64,000 nucleotides of DNA from the human T2T-CHM13v2.0 reference genome, Homo sapiens (GCF_009914755.1 NC_060948.1); one strand, 5' to 3'; numbered from the stretch's first letter, positions 18,276 to 36,755 are shown. Notes: generated by a model not told the origin, from the letters alone. Translations and numbers: made by a program.

Positions 18276-18906
18276 TGTCAGCGGTGTTGCAACACAAGTG
18301 ACTACATCTTGAATAGGAGCTGAATAAAATAAGGCTGAGATCTATTGTGCTGCATTCCCAAGAGTTACGGCATCCTTAGTCACAGGATGTGATAGGAACT
18401 TAGTACAAGATTACAAGATACAACGTGACAAAGACCTCGCTGATAAAACAGTTTGCAGTAAAGAAGTCAGCCAAATCCCACCAAAACCAAGATGGTGACA
18501 AGAGTAACCTCTGGTCATTGTAACTGCTCATTATACATTCATAATGCATTAGCTGCTAAAAGTCACTGCCACAAGAGCCAGGACAGTTTACAGATGTCAT
18601 GACTACCTCAGGAAGTCACCCTCTATGGTCTAAAAAGGGGAGGAACCCTCAGAATTACCTACCCCTTTCCTGGAAAACTCATGACTAATTCACCCCTTGT
18701 TTAGCATATAATCAATAAATAACCATAAACATAGGCAGCCAGCAGCCTATGCTGCTGCTTTGCCTATGAAGCAGCTATTCTTTATTCCTTTACTTTCTTA
18801 ATATACTTCCTTTCATTTTACTCTGTGGACTCGCCCTGAATTCTCTCTTGCACGAGATCCAACAACCCTCTCTTGAGGTTTGGACTGGGACCCCTTTCTG
18901 GTAAGG
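18276..18906 (+). mobile_element. MER41B (ERV1) solo LTR
   Basis: TGTCAG...CATCTTGAATAGG...CCACCAAAACCAAGATGG...AAAAAGGGGAGGAACCCTCAG...GGGACCCCTTTCTGGTAA; 4-bp TSD CTTT. Confidence 0.9.
18667..18675 (+). promoter_or_regulatory. GAS (STAT1) motif TTCCTGGAA inside MER41B
   Basis: Matches TTCNNNGAA at the position of the second MER41B GAS site; function untested. Confidence 0.5.
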
Positions 18907-19319
18907 CTTTCACTTTACATTCCTGCCATCCCTGGAGGGAGGAGGTCCTGTCTTCGCTGGAAAGCCATGCGGTGCTGGACTGTGGTTATTCGCTGTGGTT
19001 TATCTGAACCCAAAAAGAAAAAACAATTTTCCTGGGGCCACTCCTGGCCTGGAAAGATTGACCTTATATCAGGCTGCCTTAATCCCTCCCTTATTTCCAC
19101 ATTGTAGTCTGAAATTATATCAAGTGTAGAGGGAAGTGAATATCTTAGGACAGAGGCTTGAACTGGGAAAATGGATGTTATCTTCGTAATGTAAAGAAAA
19201 ATAATGGGATGCTACAACAAAGAACCCAACCTCGCTTGGTGAGGAGACATTTGAGAAAGAATAGACATGCATTGCAGTTTTAGACTAGAACAGTGGTTCT
19301 TTTTAAACATTATTTTATT

Positions 19320-19940
19320 ATTTATTATTTTTAGAGACGAGGTCTTGTTCTGTTGCCCACACTAGAGTACAGTGGTGTGATCATAGCTCGCCGCAGCCTT
19401 CAAATCCCAGGCTCAAGCGATCCTCCTGCCTCAGCCTCCTGAGTAGTTGGGACTACAGGTGTCTGCCACCATGCCCAGCTCATTTTTAAAAGTTGTTTGT
19501 CGGATGGGTGCAGTGGCTCACGCCTGTAATCCCAGCACTTTGGGAGGTGGAGGAGGGTGGATCATGAGGTCAGGAGATTGAGACCATCGTGACTAACATG
19601 GTGGAACCCCATTTCTACTAAAAACACAAAAAACTAGCTGGGCATGGTCACGGGCACCTGTAGTCCCAGCTACTCAGGAGGCTGAGGCAGGAGAATGGTG
19701 TAAACCCAGGGGGACGGGGGGGCGGTGGAGCTTTCAGTGAGCCAAGATTGCACCACTGCACTCCAGCCTGGGTGACAGAGTGAAACTCCATCTCAAAACA
19801 AGAAAAAAAAATTGTTTTTTAATGTGGTCTCACTATGTTGCCCAGCCTGGTTGTCCCCAATTCCTGGCTTCAAGCAGTCCTCCTGCCTCTGCCTCCCAAA
19901 GTGCTGGGCTTATAGGCATAAGCCACCATACCTGGCTTAA
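19320..19940 (-). mobile_element. AluJ-like element interrupted by a + strand Alu (about 19502-19812)
   Basis: Right arm 19320-19490 and left arm 19820-19940 on -, with a complete + Alu between. Confidence 0.9.
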
Positions 19941-19944
19941 ATTT

Positions 19945-21214
<1,270 letters not shown>

Positions 21215-21218
21215 ACTA

Positions 21219-21505
21219 GGCCAGGTACAGTGGCTCACACCTGTAATCCCAGCACTTCAGGAAACTGAGTCAGGAGAATCACTTACTATCAGGAGTTCGA
21301 GATCACCCTGGCCAACATGGCGAAATCCCATGTGTACTAAAAATACAAAAATTAGCCAAATGTGGTGGTAGGTGCCTGTTGTCCCAGCTACTTGGGAGTC
21401 TGATGCAGGAGAATCACTTGAACCCAGGAGGTGGAGGTTGCAGTGAGCCTAGAACATGCCACTGCACTCCAGCCAGACTCCATCTCGAAAAACAAAAAAA
21501 ACAAC
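21219..21505 (+). mobile_element. Alu (AluS-like)
   Basis: GGCCAGGTACAGTGGCTCACACCTGTAATCCCAGCAC...ACTCCATCTCGAAAAA. Confidence 0.95.
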
Positions 21506-21699
21506 AACCACTCCCCAACCTGAAAAAAAAACCCCACAAAATCAGTGCAGATGCACACACACACAAGCACACACATCCATCTAAAACATTCAGTAATTAA
21601 GTTGCTTGGGGCAAAATGACATCATTTATGAAACACTTGCAACCCATTTATCTGAGAAAGCCTATTTTGACTTAGAAATCCTCTTTGAAAAATTTGTCC

Positions 21700-23262
<1,563 letters not shown>

Positions 23263-23609
23263 ATTCTCTTACATGTAAGAAGGAAAAAGTGATCTGTGTT
23301 TGTCTTGCAGATGGAGTGAGGTGTGTCCTCAACAAATAGGAAGGTGTTTGTTTTCTTGTCTCTGTAGGAATGCATTTATGCTAACATCCAGTTATACAAG
23401 TAGAAAAACTAAATGTACCTGTTGTCATGACGATTGATTGAGTGGATTAAATTTAGAACTGAAATACGTCTCACTATAAATGACAAACAACTACAAAACA
23501 CTGGGTAACTGAATTTTTGTTATGAGTTTTTTTTTTTCTGTTTTCAATCAAGACATTTGCTTAGGCTGTTTTCCCTATGAGGTAGCTTTTTATAAAGGAC
23601 AGAAAGTAG

Positions 23610-24505
<896 letters not shown>

Positions 24506-24508
24506 TAC

Positions 24509-24828
24509 AGGGCTGGGCATGGTGTCTCATCCCTGTAATCCCAGCACCTTGGGAGGACGAGGTGGATCACTTGACCTCAGGAGTTGCAAATCACCTTGGG
24601 CATTATAGCAAGACGCTATCTCTACAGAAACTAATAAGAAAAAAATTAGCCAGGTGTGGAGGTGCATGTCTGTAGTCCCAGCTACTTGGGAGGCTGAAGT
24701 GGGAGGGTCACCCGAGCCCAGGAGTTCAAGGCTGCAATGAGCTGTGATTGTGCTACTTCACTCCAGCCTGGGAGACAGAGGGAGACCCTGTCTCTAAAGT
24801 ACACAAATAAACAAATAAAATAAAAATT
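24509..24828 (+). mobile_element. AluJ-like
   Basis: GGCTGGGCATGGTGTCTCATCCCTGTAATCCCAGC...GAGACCCTGTCTCT plus A-rich tail. Confidence 0.93.
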
Positions 24829-25718
24829 ACAAGTTAGACAACTAAACTGTCTTTTTCTTTCCCTCTTGGCTGGCCACCCATTTAAAATGCAGCACTTGAA
24901 GAAATAAATATGCATCTCTGGCCACTGTTTTTGGAAAGTTTTGTTTTCATTGAAATTTGGTTAATTTTATTTAAAGTAAAACAATGAAATCAAAGACATA
25001 AGAGAGTTTCAAACATGCTTATTTCTGCATTGCTGTTTTACAAAAACATATGATCGCAATTCCAGACACCTGCCTTGAAATCTTTATAGACATTTCTCGT
25101 TGTTATTGCTATTGTTTGGCTTCTCTTGAAATGTCTTTAAAAAACCCATTTATCCATCAGATAATCATAGGTGGGGAGATATGTGTATTTTTCTGTTTCC
25201 TTAACTTCAAATGCTGCCTGAAAATGATGACTGTTTGGCAAGCCTAAGTTCCAACATTCCATTTCCCGGCATTATGTAACACAAAATCAGGTTTCATAAC
25301 GTTTTCTTAGATCTGTTTCCCTCTGTTTTGTAAGATTTCAAGAGTCCTATAATTTATTATGTGGCTGGTGGAAGAAAAATATGCACAGAATAGATTGGTG
25401 TGTATAACCTAAACATTTAGTGCTGTCTCGACAACAATTAAATCTACAGAGATGCTTTGGGGAAGTAGGCAGAATGTCCTACTACTGGGAATTTTATAAG
25501 ATGAGAGCCTCCCAGTTTCTTTTAATTGCACTGAGTGGGTGAATCCATCAGGAAAAGAAAGAAAGAAAGAAAGAAACATGAAAAAGAGCCCAGATCAAAA
25601 GCAATGCTGTTTTTTCCATCCTCATTAAATCAAAGCATGTGGTGACAACAGATTGTCTGAAGTCAGCGGGCACCCAACCAGGAGGCTGGTATGTTTTCCT
25701 GGTAAAACACAACCAGAA

Positions 25719-26318
25719 GATAATGGCTTCTAGCTTCATCCATGTTCCTGCAAAGGACATGATCTCATTATTTTTATAGCTGCATAATATTTCATGGTGC
25801 ATATAGACCACATTTTCTTTATCCAGTCTATCATTGATGGGCATTTGGGTTGATTCCATGTCTTTGCTATGGTGCATAGTGCTGCAATGAACATATGCAT
25901 GCATGCATCTTTATAATAGAATAATTTATATTCCTTTGGGTATATACCCAGTAATAGATATTACTGAGATTGCTGGATTAAATGGTATTTCTGGTTCTAG
26001 ATCCTTGAGGAATTGCCACACTGTCTTCCACAATGGTTGAACTAATTTACATTCCCACCAACAGTGTAAAAGCATTCCTGTTTCTCCACAGCCTCATCAG
26101 CGTCTGTTGTTTCTTGACCCTGGGGGAGGGAAACAAACACACTGGGGTCTGTGGTGGGTAGGGAATAAGAGCCTCAGGAAAAATAGCTAATGTATGCTGG
26201 GCTTAATACCTAGGTGATGGGTTGATAGGTGCGGGAAACCTCCATTGCACACGTCTACCTATGTAACAAAGTTGCACATCCTGCACATGTATCCCAGAAC
26301 TTAAAATAAAATAAAATT
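25719..26318 (+). mobile_element. 5'-inverted, truncated older L1PA (twin-priming structure)
   Basis: Antisense L1 25719-26118 joined to a sense 3' end 26119-26318 ending CCCAGAACTTAAAATAAAATAAAA. Confidence 0.85.
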
Positions 26319-26552
26319 AGAAACATCTAGGACATTTTCAGGAGATGAATGGCGAAGAAACTTTATGGATAATGACAAGAAAGTTTCAGGGCTAAGTACA
26401 AAACACACATGAATTATACCCTGGACTTTGTTTCTGTATTGGTACTTCACCACTGTCATGGATGGTATATGCTGGCATGCTTGAAATTTAGTCTTTGAAT
26501 AAATGTTTTTATTAGTGCTGAGAAAACACAACTGGTGCTTCTTTTCCAATAA

Positions 26553-26848
<296 letters not shown>

Positions 26849-26874
26849 TGACCTTTTTTTTTTTTTTTTTTTTA

Positions 26875-27230
26875 AAGAAATGGAGTTCTGTTATATGCTT
26901 CTATGTGGATGAGCCTTGAAGAGGCTATGCTCAGTGAAAGAAGCCAGACACAAAAGGCCACACAGTGTAGGATTCCACTTACAGGAACTTTTCAGAGGAG
27001 GCAAGCCTATAAAGCCAGCAGGCAGATTGGTGTCTTCCAGGGGCTGGGAGGGGGGAGAAGAGGGAGTGGCTACTTGGTGGGTCCAAGGTTGTTTTTAGAG
27101 TGATAAAAGTGTCTTGGAACCAGATAGCAGTGGCAGTTGCACAACCCTGTGAAGACACTAAATGTCACTGAAGAGTTCACTTTAAAATGGTCATTTTTAC
27201 ATTAGGGGCATTTCAATTTGATTGAAAAAC
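26875..27230 (+). mobile_element. L1MB 3' end fragment
   Basis: TGCTCAGTGAAAGAAGCCAGACACAAAAGGCCACA...GTTGCACAACCCTGTGAA...CACTTTAAAATGG. Confidence 0.85.
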
Positions 27231-27235
27231 AAATC

Positions 27236-27540
<305 letters not shown>

Positions 27541-27615
27541 TGGGGAATTCAGGCACAGATGGGGTTTAGATACTCGTAGAGGGGGACATGATAGGAAATA
27601 TGATTCTGGGAAGGA

Positions 27616-27947
27616 ATTCCTTCCTTCCTTCCTTCCTTCCTTCCTTCCTTCCTTCCTTCCTTCCTTATTTCCTTCCTTCCTTCCTTCCTTCCTTATTTCC
27701 TTCCTTCCTTCCTCCCACCTTTCCTCCCTCCCTCCTTTCTTTCTCTTTCCTTCCTTCCTTCCTTCCTTCCTTCCTTCCTTCCTTATTTCCTTCCTTCCTT
27801 CCTCCCACCTTTCCTCCCTCCCTCCTTTCTTTCTCTTTCCTTCCTTCCTTCCTTCCTTCCTTCCTTCCTTCCTTCCTTCCTTCCTCCCTCCCTCCCACCT
27901 CCCTCCCTCCTTCCTTTCTCTCTCTCTCTCTTTCTTTCTCTTTCCCC
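27616..27947. repeat. Compound (TTCC)n polypyrimidine repeat with a higher-order duplication
   Basis: TTCC arrays; block CCTTATTTCC...CCTCCCACCTTTCCTCCCTCCCTCCTTTCTTTCTCTTTCC occurs twice. Confidence 0.95.
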
Positions 27948-28850
27948 TAGGGTCACACACTTCCAACTAATTTAATTTTGGAGGGTCTCAAGTTATATCA
28001 GAAAAAGGCATGTTTATCCTTTAAAGAAGGCAACAAGAGTTTCTCTCTCTGTCTGACTTTATGCCTCCACAATTTCACCAAGACAGAGATTTTTATTGGG
28101 TGAGCACATATACTTAAAAGAATTACTTGAGACAAAAATGAAGAACTTCATGGAGAGTTGAGGGTCTTGGAGCAGAGTGACTCTTGGTGAACTCCACCTT
28201 TCCCATCTTCCAAAAAAACCCAAAAAACAATTCACTCTGATATCTATTAATACCTCTGAATTGATCATCTACAGTAATCAAAGCATTCAGGCCATAAAAG
28301 CTGGTGTCCATGTTAGGGGTTCTGCATTGTAAACTGCAGTACACATTGAGAAAATATCATCATCTCTAAACATTTGTTTCTCCGGGCTGATGAAAGAGTG
28401 AAGATGTCTGAAGAATAAAAAGGATGACTGTGTGGAAACATGCCCTGCCAACTTGATAAATTCACCAATGATCACAATTGAGTGTCTCATGTAATGAAGG
28501 TTGGCTAATTAAAGAATACCAATGTGCCCTACAGGCATGCTTTGGATTAGCATCCACTTCTGTAAGCCAGGTTGTTTGAGAACAGATGAGTTAACTCTGC
28601 AGCCAGAAGATTAATGTGGGATTTTGCTCAGGGTTATTTCACTGAGACACAGAAGATGGCAACAAGATCTACGCAATCTTGCCATAAGGTCAGCACGTGG
28701 ATGTGTCTCAGCAAATCCTTTAGAAGAATGCAGAACTATCTGACCAGGTTTCTGGAAACATCCAGCTCCTCGTCCTGCCTGTAGAATCCTGTGCCTTGCA
28801 AGGCTGTTAGCAAGGAAGCACTCCCTCTCCTTGAGCTAATGATGGCTCTT

Positions 28851-28940
28851 AAGGAAGGGAGGGAGGGGAGAAGGGAGGGAGGGAGGGGAGAAGGGAGGGA
28901 GGGAGGGGAGAAGGGAGGGAGGGAGGGAGGGAAGGAGGAA
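28851..28940. repeat. GA-rich (GGAG/GGAA) repeat
   Basis: GGGAGGGAGGGGAGAA units. Confidence 0.9.
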
Positions 28941-29390
28941 TCTTTCTATGCACATGAAGATATATCATTTCTAAGGTACCTAGCCTCTAAGGCCATCAAT
29001 ATCACTGCTTTCCAAAAACAAATAATAACATCACTATCCAACTTATAAAAGTCCTATTCAGTATAAGTCTGAGAACTTTCTGGAACACATTGAGTTGAAA
29101 AGCCAAACATAATGCAAATAAATTGACCACAAGCTCTTGCTTAAAACTGTAGTCCTCCTTTAAATGTCAGTGTTGCTGATCTTCCTTCTGGCTGTTGTGC
29201 TAGTTTTTTCAATTAGCAAACCTGCTACTTATTATTTTTACTACTGTTGTTTTTTAGGAGGGAAGAATTTAGGAAGAAATGCTGGATTTTTTTCACATAG
29301 GGTACACAAAAGCTTATTTCACTAAAATTTCAAAGTGTACGTTTCATACCTATATTTATATGTATATTTAAGTTTGATATAAAAACATGA

Positions 29391-30170
<780 letters not shown>

Positions 30171-30779
30171 ACTAAGGCTGCCATAAGAAAGTGTCACCAA
30201 CAAAGTGCCGAATCACAGACTTCTGTGGCCACAAATAACATGGGAAAGGGTCTTCTGCTCCTTGTGGGTCCTTCTCCTGCCATCCTCACCCTGGTGCACA
30301 GACAGTCCTATGGCCAACCTCTGCTCATTCTCTCCCTTGTCTGTTTCCATGGGATCCTTCTGGGACAATGACGAAAGGTGAAGCTTCAGTTGTTCATAGA
30401 CTTCCCATATCTCATTTACATCCCTGGTCAATAGTAAGACACAGCATCTGTCAGGACCAACCAAGGAGGCAGAGGTCAACATGGTGGACAAACAACCTGA
30501 CTGATGAGAACAGTGTAACCCCACAGGGGATGATTTAAAGCCTCGCCACCCCAAGACAGTGTTGGCCACTTCATTGGGTACAGTGGGGTCTACATGACCT
30601 ACCACACAGAATCCTAAATCCCTGCACTGGACATGAATCCTGCTGCTGGCCACTAGGTACTGAATTTTTAGGGTGAGTGTTTGGAGATGGCTAGAATGAT
30701 GGGGAAATCCAGTGAAGATGCCTGTCTATGTCTTGGTATACACAAAAATATTACTGCTATGGAGAATTTCTAGTTCATT

Positions 30780-31070
30780 GTTTTTTGAGACAGGGTCTCA
30801 TTCTGTTGCTTAGGCTGGAGTGCAGTAGTGCAATCACGGCTCACTGCACCTTAACCTCCTGGGCTCAAGGGATCCTCCCACCTCAGCCTCCTGAATAGTT
30901 GGGAACACAGGCATGTACTACCACATGCCTGAGTAATTTTTAAATTTTTATTGTAGAGATGAGTTCTCATTGTGTTGCCCAGGCTGGTCTCAAACACCTG
31001 GGCTTGAAGAATCCTCCAATCTTGGACTCCTGAAGTGCTGGGATTACAGGACTGAGGCAATCAGCCTCAC
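30780..31070 (-). mobile_element. AluJ-like
   Basis: GAGACAGGGTCTCATTCTGTTG...GTGCTGGGATTACAGG. Confidence 0.92.
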
Positions 31071-31801
31071 TAATTTTTTTTTAAATCTTAAGGGAGGAGA
31101 TGCCGTAATCACTTCTAATTCCAACCCCCTGGGGTGAGCCAGTCCCCATAATCTTGGACTTGGAGATGAGATCTGCTCCAGTGCCATAGATAATCCCTGA
31201 GCTATTTGCAATTATAAGGTTGAGAAGAAACTTGGAGCTCTGAATACCATAAAAATAGTAGCTGCAAATCAGAAACAGGTTCTCATTCGTGCCTGACCAC
31301 ATGGAGATGCAATTTGTAGGTTTCATCATGGACCCAAGACCTAGGATTCTACCTTTTCACAGACTGGGAAGACTCCATTGCTACATCTGTGTCCAGATAT
31401 AATGAACACAAAAGTCACTTCCCAGCTGGACATGAATGTCCCAGTGCTGAATTCCTCCCCGGCAGTGATCTTGTAACCTCACTCAAATAGCTTAAAAAAG
31501 AGACAGCTGTCATGTCTTCACCCTGGTCCTTCTTATCACCACAACATCTATATTATCTCTGAAATCTTACATTTCACTGCAGTCAGCATCTGACCATAAT
31601 ACTTTAGCTTTAGCCCTCTCTCCCCAAGACCCTCATAATCCTTCCCCATCTCTTTGATCTTAGTCTACTATCTCCACCTGACTTTCTTCTTTTCTTTGAT
31701 GCCTCAGGCCAGTACCAACCCTTAGGCTACAAGCCTGAAACAACTCTGCAAAAGACATTGTCTTGAGGCTACCTCTGGGCTCTGATCAATTACTTGCTGA
31801 T

Positions 31802-32160
31802 TGGTATGATTTGGTTGTGTCCCCACCCAAATCTTGAATTGTAGCTCCCATAATTCCCATGAGTTCTGGGAGAGACCTATTGGGAGGTAATTGAATCATG
31901 GGGGCAGGGCTTTCTCATGCTGTTCTAGTGATAGTGAATAAGTCTCAGGAGATCCAATGGTTTTATAAAGGGGAGTTTTCTTGCACACTCTTTCCTGTCT
32001 GCTGCCATGTAAGATGTACCTTTACTCCTCATTCACCTTCTGCCATAATCATGAGGCCTCCCCAGCCATGTCAAACTGTGAGTCCATTAAAACTCTTTCC
32101 TTTATAAATTATCCAACCTTGGGTAAGTCTTTATTGGCAGCATGAGAACAGATTAATACC
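31802..32160 (+). mobile_element. THE1 solo LTR
   Basis: TTTGGTTGTGTCCCCACCCAAATCTTGAATTGTAGCTCCCATAATTCCCA...GCAGCATGAGAACAGATTAATAC. Confidence 0.9.
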
Positions 32161-32544
32161 CTCATCACTGGTGGTGCCTCACCCTGCCAGGTCTGTAAGC
32201 TGCCTGGGAACTGTGTCTGCACCCATGAATAGTTCTTGCCCACATGTCAGATTCAGGAGTTGCAAACCCTTGCAAGTCATTTTTGCCTCCTCTCTGCCCC
32301 GCGATTTTCTTCCCCCAAACAACTTACTCTCTAGGTCTTAAAGGAAATTTCAGCCTTCCACGATTATCTCACACATGAATTCCTATCTTACACCCCTATG
32401 ACACATCTCCCTTGAGGTTTTCTTCTGACTGGTACTTCCTTGTAGTTCAATCCCTACAGAATTCCTTGGGTAATTACAAAATTACAAACGTAAGTGTGCC
32501 ATGCTCTTAAATAAAATTCTTTCTAATCACATCCCATCATTTAG

Positions 32545-32780
32545 AGCAGGAACTGGCACACTTTTCTATTTTTGTTTTTTAACTGGCCAAATGTCTTTGG
32601 CTTAGTGGGGCATCCGGTCTCCATGGCATCTACTCAACTCCACCACTGGGTTGAAAATACACCCACAGAAAATATGTAAATGAATGTTTTATTGGCTGTG
32701 TGCCAATAAAACATTTTTTACAAAAACAGATGATGGGTCGAGTTTGGCCAGTGGACCCTAGTTTGTCAAGCTCTGATTTA
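32545..32780 (+). mobile_element. MER58A-like DNA transposon
   Basis: CTACTCAACTC...TGGCTGTGTGCCAATAAAAC...TTTGGCC...TAGTTTGTCAAGCTCTG. Confidence 0.7.
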
Positions 32781-32816
32781 GAGGATAAAAAACAAATTTT
32801 AAAACACGGTGCAAGG

Positions 32817-33170
<354 letters not shown>

Positions 33171-33279
33171 TCACTTCTAGTGCCTGAATTCCTTCTCTCT
33201 CCATCAGCATATGCCAAGCAGCTGCTAGTGACTTGTGAATACCATTTCAGCATGAAACATGCTTTGTCAAGAACAGGCA

Positions 33280-33655
33280 CTGTGATGGGCTGAACTGTAT
33301 CCTCCTCAAATCCATATGTTGAAATCCTAACATGTAGGATCTCAGAATGTGACTATATTTGGAGATGGGGTCTTTAAAGAGGTGACAAAGGTAAAACAAG
33401 GTCAGTAGAATGGCCCTTGATCCAATAGGACTGGAGTCCTTATAAGAACAGGAGATGAGGACACAGACATCATCTGTGCATGAGGACACAGGTAAAAGAC
33501 CACGTCTACAAGCCAGTAAGAGAGGCCTCAGGAGGAGCGAGCCCTGCCCACACCTGGATCTCAGACTTCCAGCCTCCAGGACTGTGGGAGGATAAATGTC
33601 TGTTGTTTAAGCCACCCAGTCTGTGGACCTTTGTTATGGTGGCCCAAGCATAATG
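33280..33655 (+). mobile_element. MLT1B-like LTR (STIR-type variant)
   Basis: TGTGATGGGCTGAACTGTATCC...GCCCTGCCCACACCTGGATCTCAGACTTCCAGCCTCCAGGACTGTG...TTAAGCCACCCAGTCTGTGG. Confidence 0.88.
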
Positions 33656-34764
33656 CAGGCACCTTGTCCGTACCCCAGACATTATTCTGCTTTCTGCTTT
33701 CTTTACTTATTTGGTGATGGAGCTATCCTTAAAATACCTTGTGGACTCAGTGCTGTTGGGTTAGAAAAGGACAATGTCTCAGAGATTGAAAGCAGTATGT
33801 CCCGCATTACAGCTCAAATGAGGACCAGAAGTTAACTCTGCTTGGAAATCTCAGTCCCCGCCCCCACCCCTCTTTCCTCTGCACTTGGGAATCTGGCTTA
33901 TGAGAATGGGATGGCTCTGATTTTTCCATTCTGCCTTACCCCAGTAGCTGCTACAATGGACGTATTATTCTTGGTGCAATAGTGTTCACTACTTTTTATA
34001 GTCAATGCTGTTTCTAGCCTGGCTGAGGGGAGTGGAAAGTAGAGGCAGTGGTTCCAGGGTTTCAGATGGTTCCCAAGCTCCAGCTATTAAATAAAAATAC
34101 AGTGTTTTCTCCTTTTCTGAGAGCAGTCCAAACTGACTTTATGTTTTCATCAAGTTCTGTCCATTTCTATTCTATCTCTGCTTCCTTCGCAACTTGTAAA
34201 ACATTTGCTGAGCATTGTGACTTTTAAAGATACTTTATGAGCCTTTCACAGACTTAGTGTATGGACATTCTTCATGAGCCAATGTACACATTCTCCAAAG
34301 GGTAGAGACACTTGGCTGCACCTGGTTGTTGCCACACCTGAGATGTGTTTGTGTTGGCTGAGATACATAGACATTACCAGGAAACAACTCCAAGTCTGTG
34401 CTGGTAAAATAGCTCCATCTTTAAAGTTCACTTCCGCATAGTTTGAAGTTGAATAGCTTAAGAAGCCTTGCCCATTCTTGTTGCCTATGAGAGAGGAGAG
34501 AGACATTCAGTGTGTGCACTGGAATATTGTCATGTGATTGCAAAAACCAAATAATGAAGAATAGAATGTAGTTAGATGCAAAGAGGTGGTTTGATTTGCT
34601 TTGAGTTATACCCCTCTTGTTTCTAGTGTTTTTCTTCCTGGAACTTCATTGTGTCAATGTCTGTAGTTGTGTCTAACTTTATTTAGCTCTTGAATGTGAA
34701 TGTTCTTATCCTCAAGTTACATGTACCTGAGATAAATAAAATGCAATGGAAGTTCTACTTACAA

Positions 34765-34768
34765 TTTT

Positions 34769-34822
<54 letters not shown>

Positions 34823-35095
34823 GAGACGTAGTCTTGCTCTGTCACCCAGGCTGGAGTGCAGTGGTGCAATCTTGGCTCACAGCAACCTCCAATTCCTGGG
34901 TTCAAATGATTCTCTTTCCTCAGCCTCTTGAGTAGCTGGGATTACAGGTGTATGCCACCACACCCAACTAATTTTTGTATTTTTAGTAGAGAAGGGTTTT
35001 TGTCATGTTGGCCAGGCTGGTCTTGACCTCAGGTGACCCACCTGCCTTAGCCACTGAAAATGGTGAGATTACAGGCATGAGCCACTGCACCCAGC
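34765..35095 (-). mobile_element. Alu with (TTTA)n tail
   Basis: (TTTA)n followed by a reverse-complement Alu dimer. Confidence 0.93.
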
Positions 35096-35731
35096 ATATC
35101 TATTACATTATTTTTCTTTCACCATTAGATACTGAATATTTGATAGCTGTGCCCTAAATAGGAATGGAAACAGATAAAGATTGGCTCACAAATCAGCATC
35201 TGAAATGGGTCCTTTTTGTTAAATGCTAAACTATAGATCTCACTAATTATTCAGCCATTCTTTGGATATTATTTTGCAAACTGAATTTGTAAAATTCTAC
35301 CTGTATTTACCTTAATTATTCATGTTCCGATAACTTAATGTGTTCCTTACCTTGAATTTTAGCCACATTCCAAGAGTTAACTTTACCCTTTCCACATATA
35401 CAAGGTTTCTCCACTTCTTATTCTCCTATGCTCAGCACATATTTACTGTGAAGCAAACCCTACCTGCTTAATTTTCTCTTTAAAGTGAAATGTCACTGGT
35501 TTATTCACCAAGTAGTCTTCTGAGGGCTAAAGAAAACTACTTCTTTCTTCTTTGTAATATTTATGTCCACAAGGCATTCTAAACATTGGCGTCAGTCTGC
35601 AACAGTGGTTCTTTCTCTGAACACTCAACATGTTTAAGCACTGTCATATGAACATGGTCACAAATATTATTACGCCATCAAATGGAGGACAATGTAATGC
35701 TTTAAGATTTAAATAGGCTTTAAAATCAGCA

Positions 35732-36037
35732 TGGCCAGGTGCAGTGGCTCACACTTGTAATCCCAGCACGTTGGAAGGTTGAGGTGGAAGGACCACATGA
35801 GCACAGGAGTTCTAGACCAGCCTGAGCAACATAATCAGACTTCATCTCTACTAAAATTTTTTGCAAAAATAAGCAGGGTGTGGTTTTGCACACTTGTTGT
35901 CCCAGCTCCTTGGGGGGCTCAGTGGGAGGATCACTTGAGCCCAGGAAGTCTATGCTGCAATGAGCTATGATTGCACCACTGCACTCCAGCCTGGGCAACA
36001 AAGCAAGAACCCATCTCTATAAATAAGTAAATAAAAT
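35732..36037 (+). mobile_element. AluJ-like
   Basis: GGCCAGGTGCAGTGGCTCACACTTGTAATCCCAGC...CCAGCCTGGGCAACAAAGCAAGA. Confidence 0.93.
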
Positions 36038-36228
36038 CCATTACCTGAAACATTCAGATAACAATCATCAAAACAGTATACACCTTTTAGAAAAACAAAT
36101 TGTTTTTTAAATTAATTAATTAACTTAATAATTAATTAATTTTGAGACAGAGTCTTGTTCTGTCACCCTGGCTGGAGTACAGTGGTGCAGTCATAGCTCT
36201 CTACAGTCTTGAACTCCTGGGCTTAAGC

Positions 36229-36755
36229 TGTAATGCCCAACCTCATTTCTCCTTTTTCACATAGCCTTGTTTCCACCTGAATAGACTCTCCCTTAGCTAA
36301 GAGAACAAGACAGACTCCATCTTGGCTCTTTCACTGGCAGCCCCTTCCTCAAGGACTTAACTTGTGCAAGCTGACTCCAAACACATCCAAGAATGCAATT
36401 AACTGATAAGATACTGTGGCAAGCTATATCTGCAGTCCCCAAGAACTCATCTGATTGATAACGCCCAAAGCCCCATGTCTATCACCTTGTAATAGTCTTA
36501 AAGCCCCTGCCCTTGGAACTGTTTACTTTCCTGTAACCATTTATCCTTTTAACTTTTTGACTACTTAACTTCTGTAAAATTGTTTTAACTAGACCCCCCT
36601 CCTCCCCTTTCTAAACCATGGTATAAAAGTTAATCAAGCCCCTTCCTCGGGGCCGAGAGAACTTTGAGCGTTAGTCATCTCTCGGCCGCCGGCTAATAAA
36701 TGACTCTTAATTCATCTCAAAGTGTGGCATTTTTCTAACTCACTCGGGTATGACA
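36229..36755 (+). mobile_element. ERV1 solo LTR (LTR6/HERV-S71-like) inserted in an antisense Alu monomer (36140-36822)
   Basis: TGTAATGCCCAACC...TATAAAA...AATAAA...GGGTATGACA; 4-bp TSD AAGC; the Alu resumes GATCCTCCCACCTCAGCC. Confidence 0.88.

Noticed and set aside
30213-30653. 146-aa ORF in non-repeat sequence
   Set aside because: Non-ATG start, no recognisable domain and no splice support; expected by chance.
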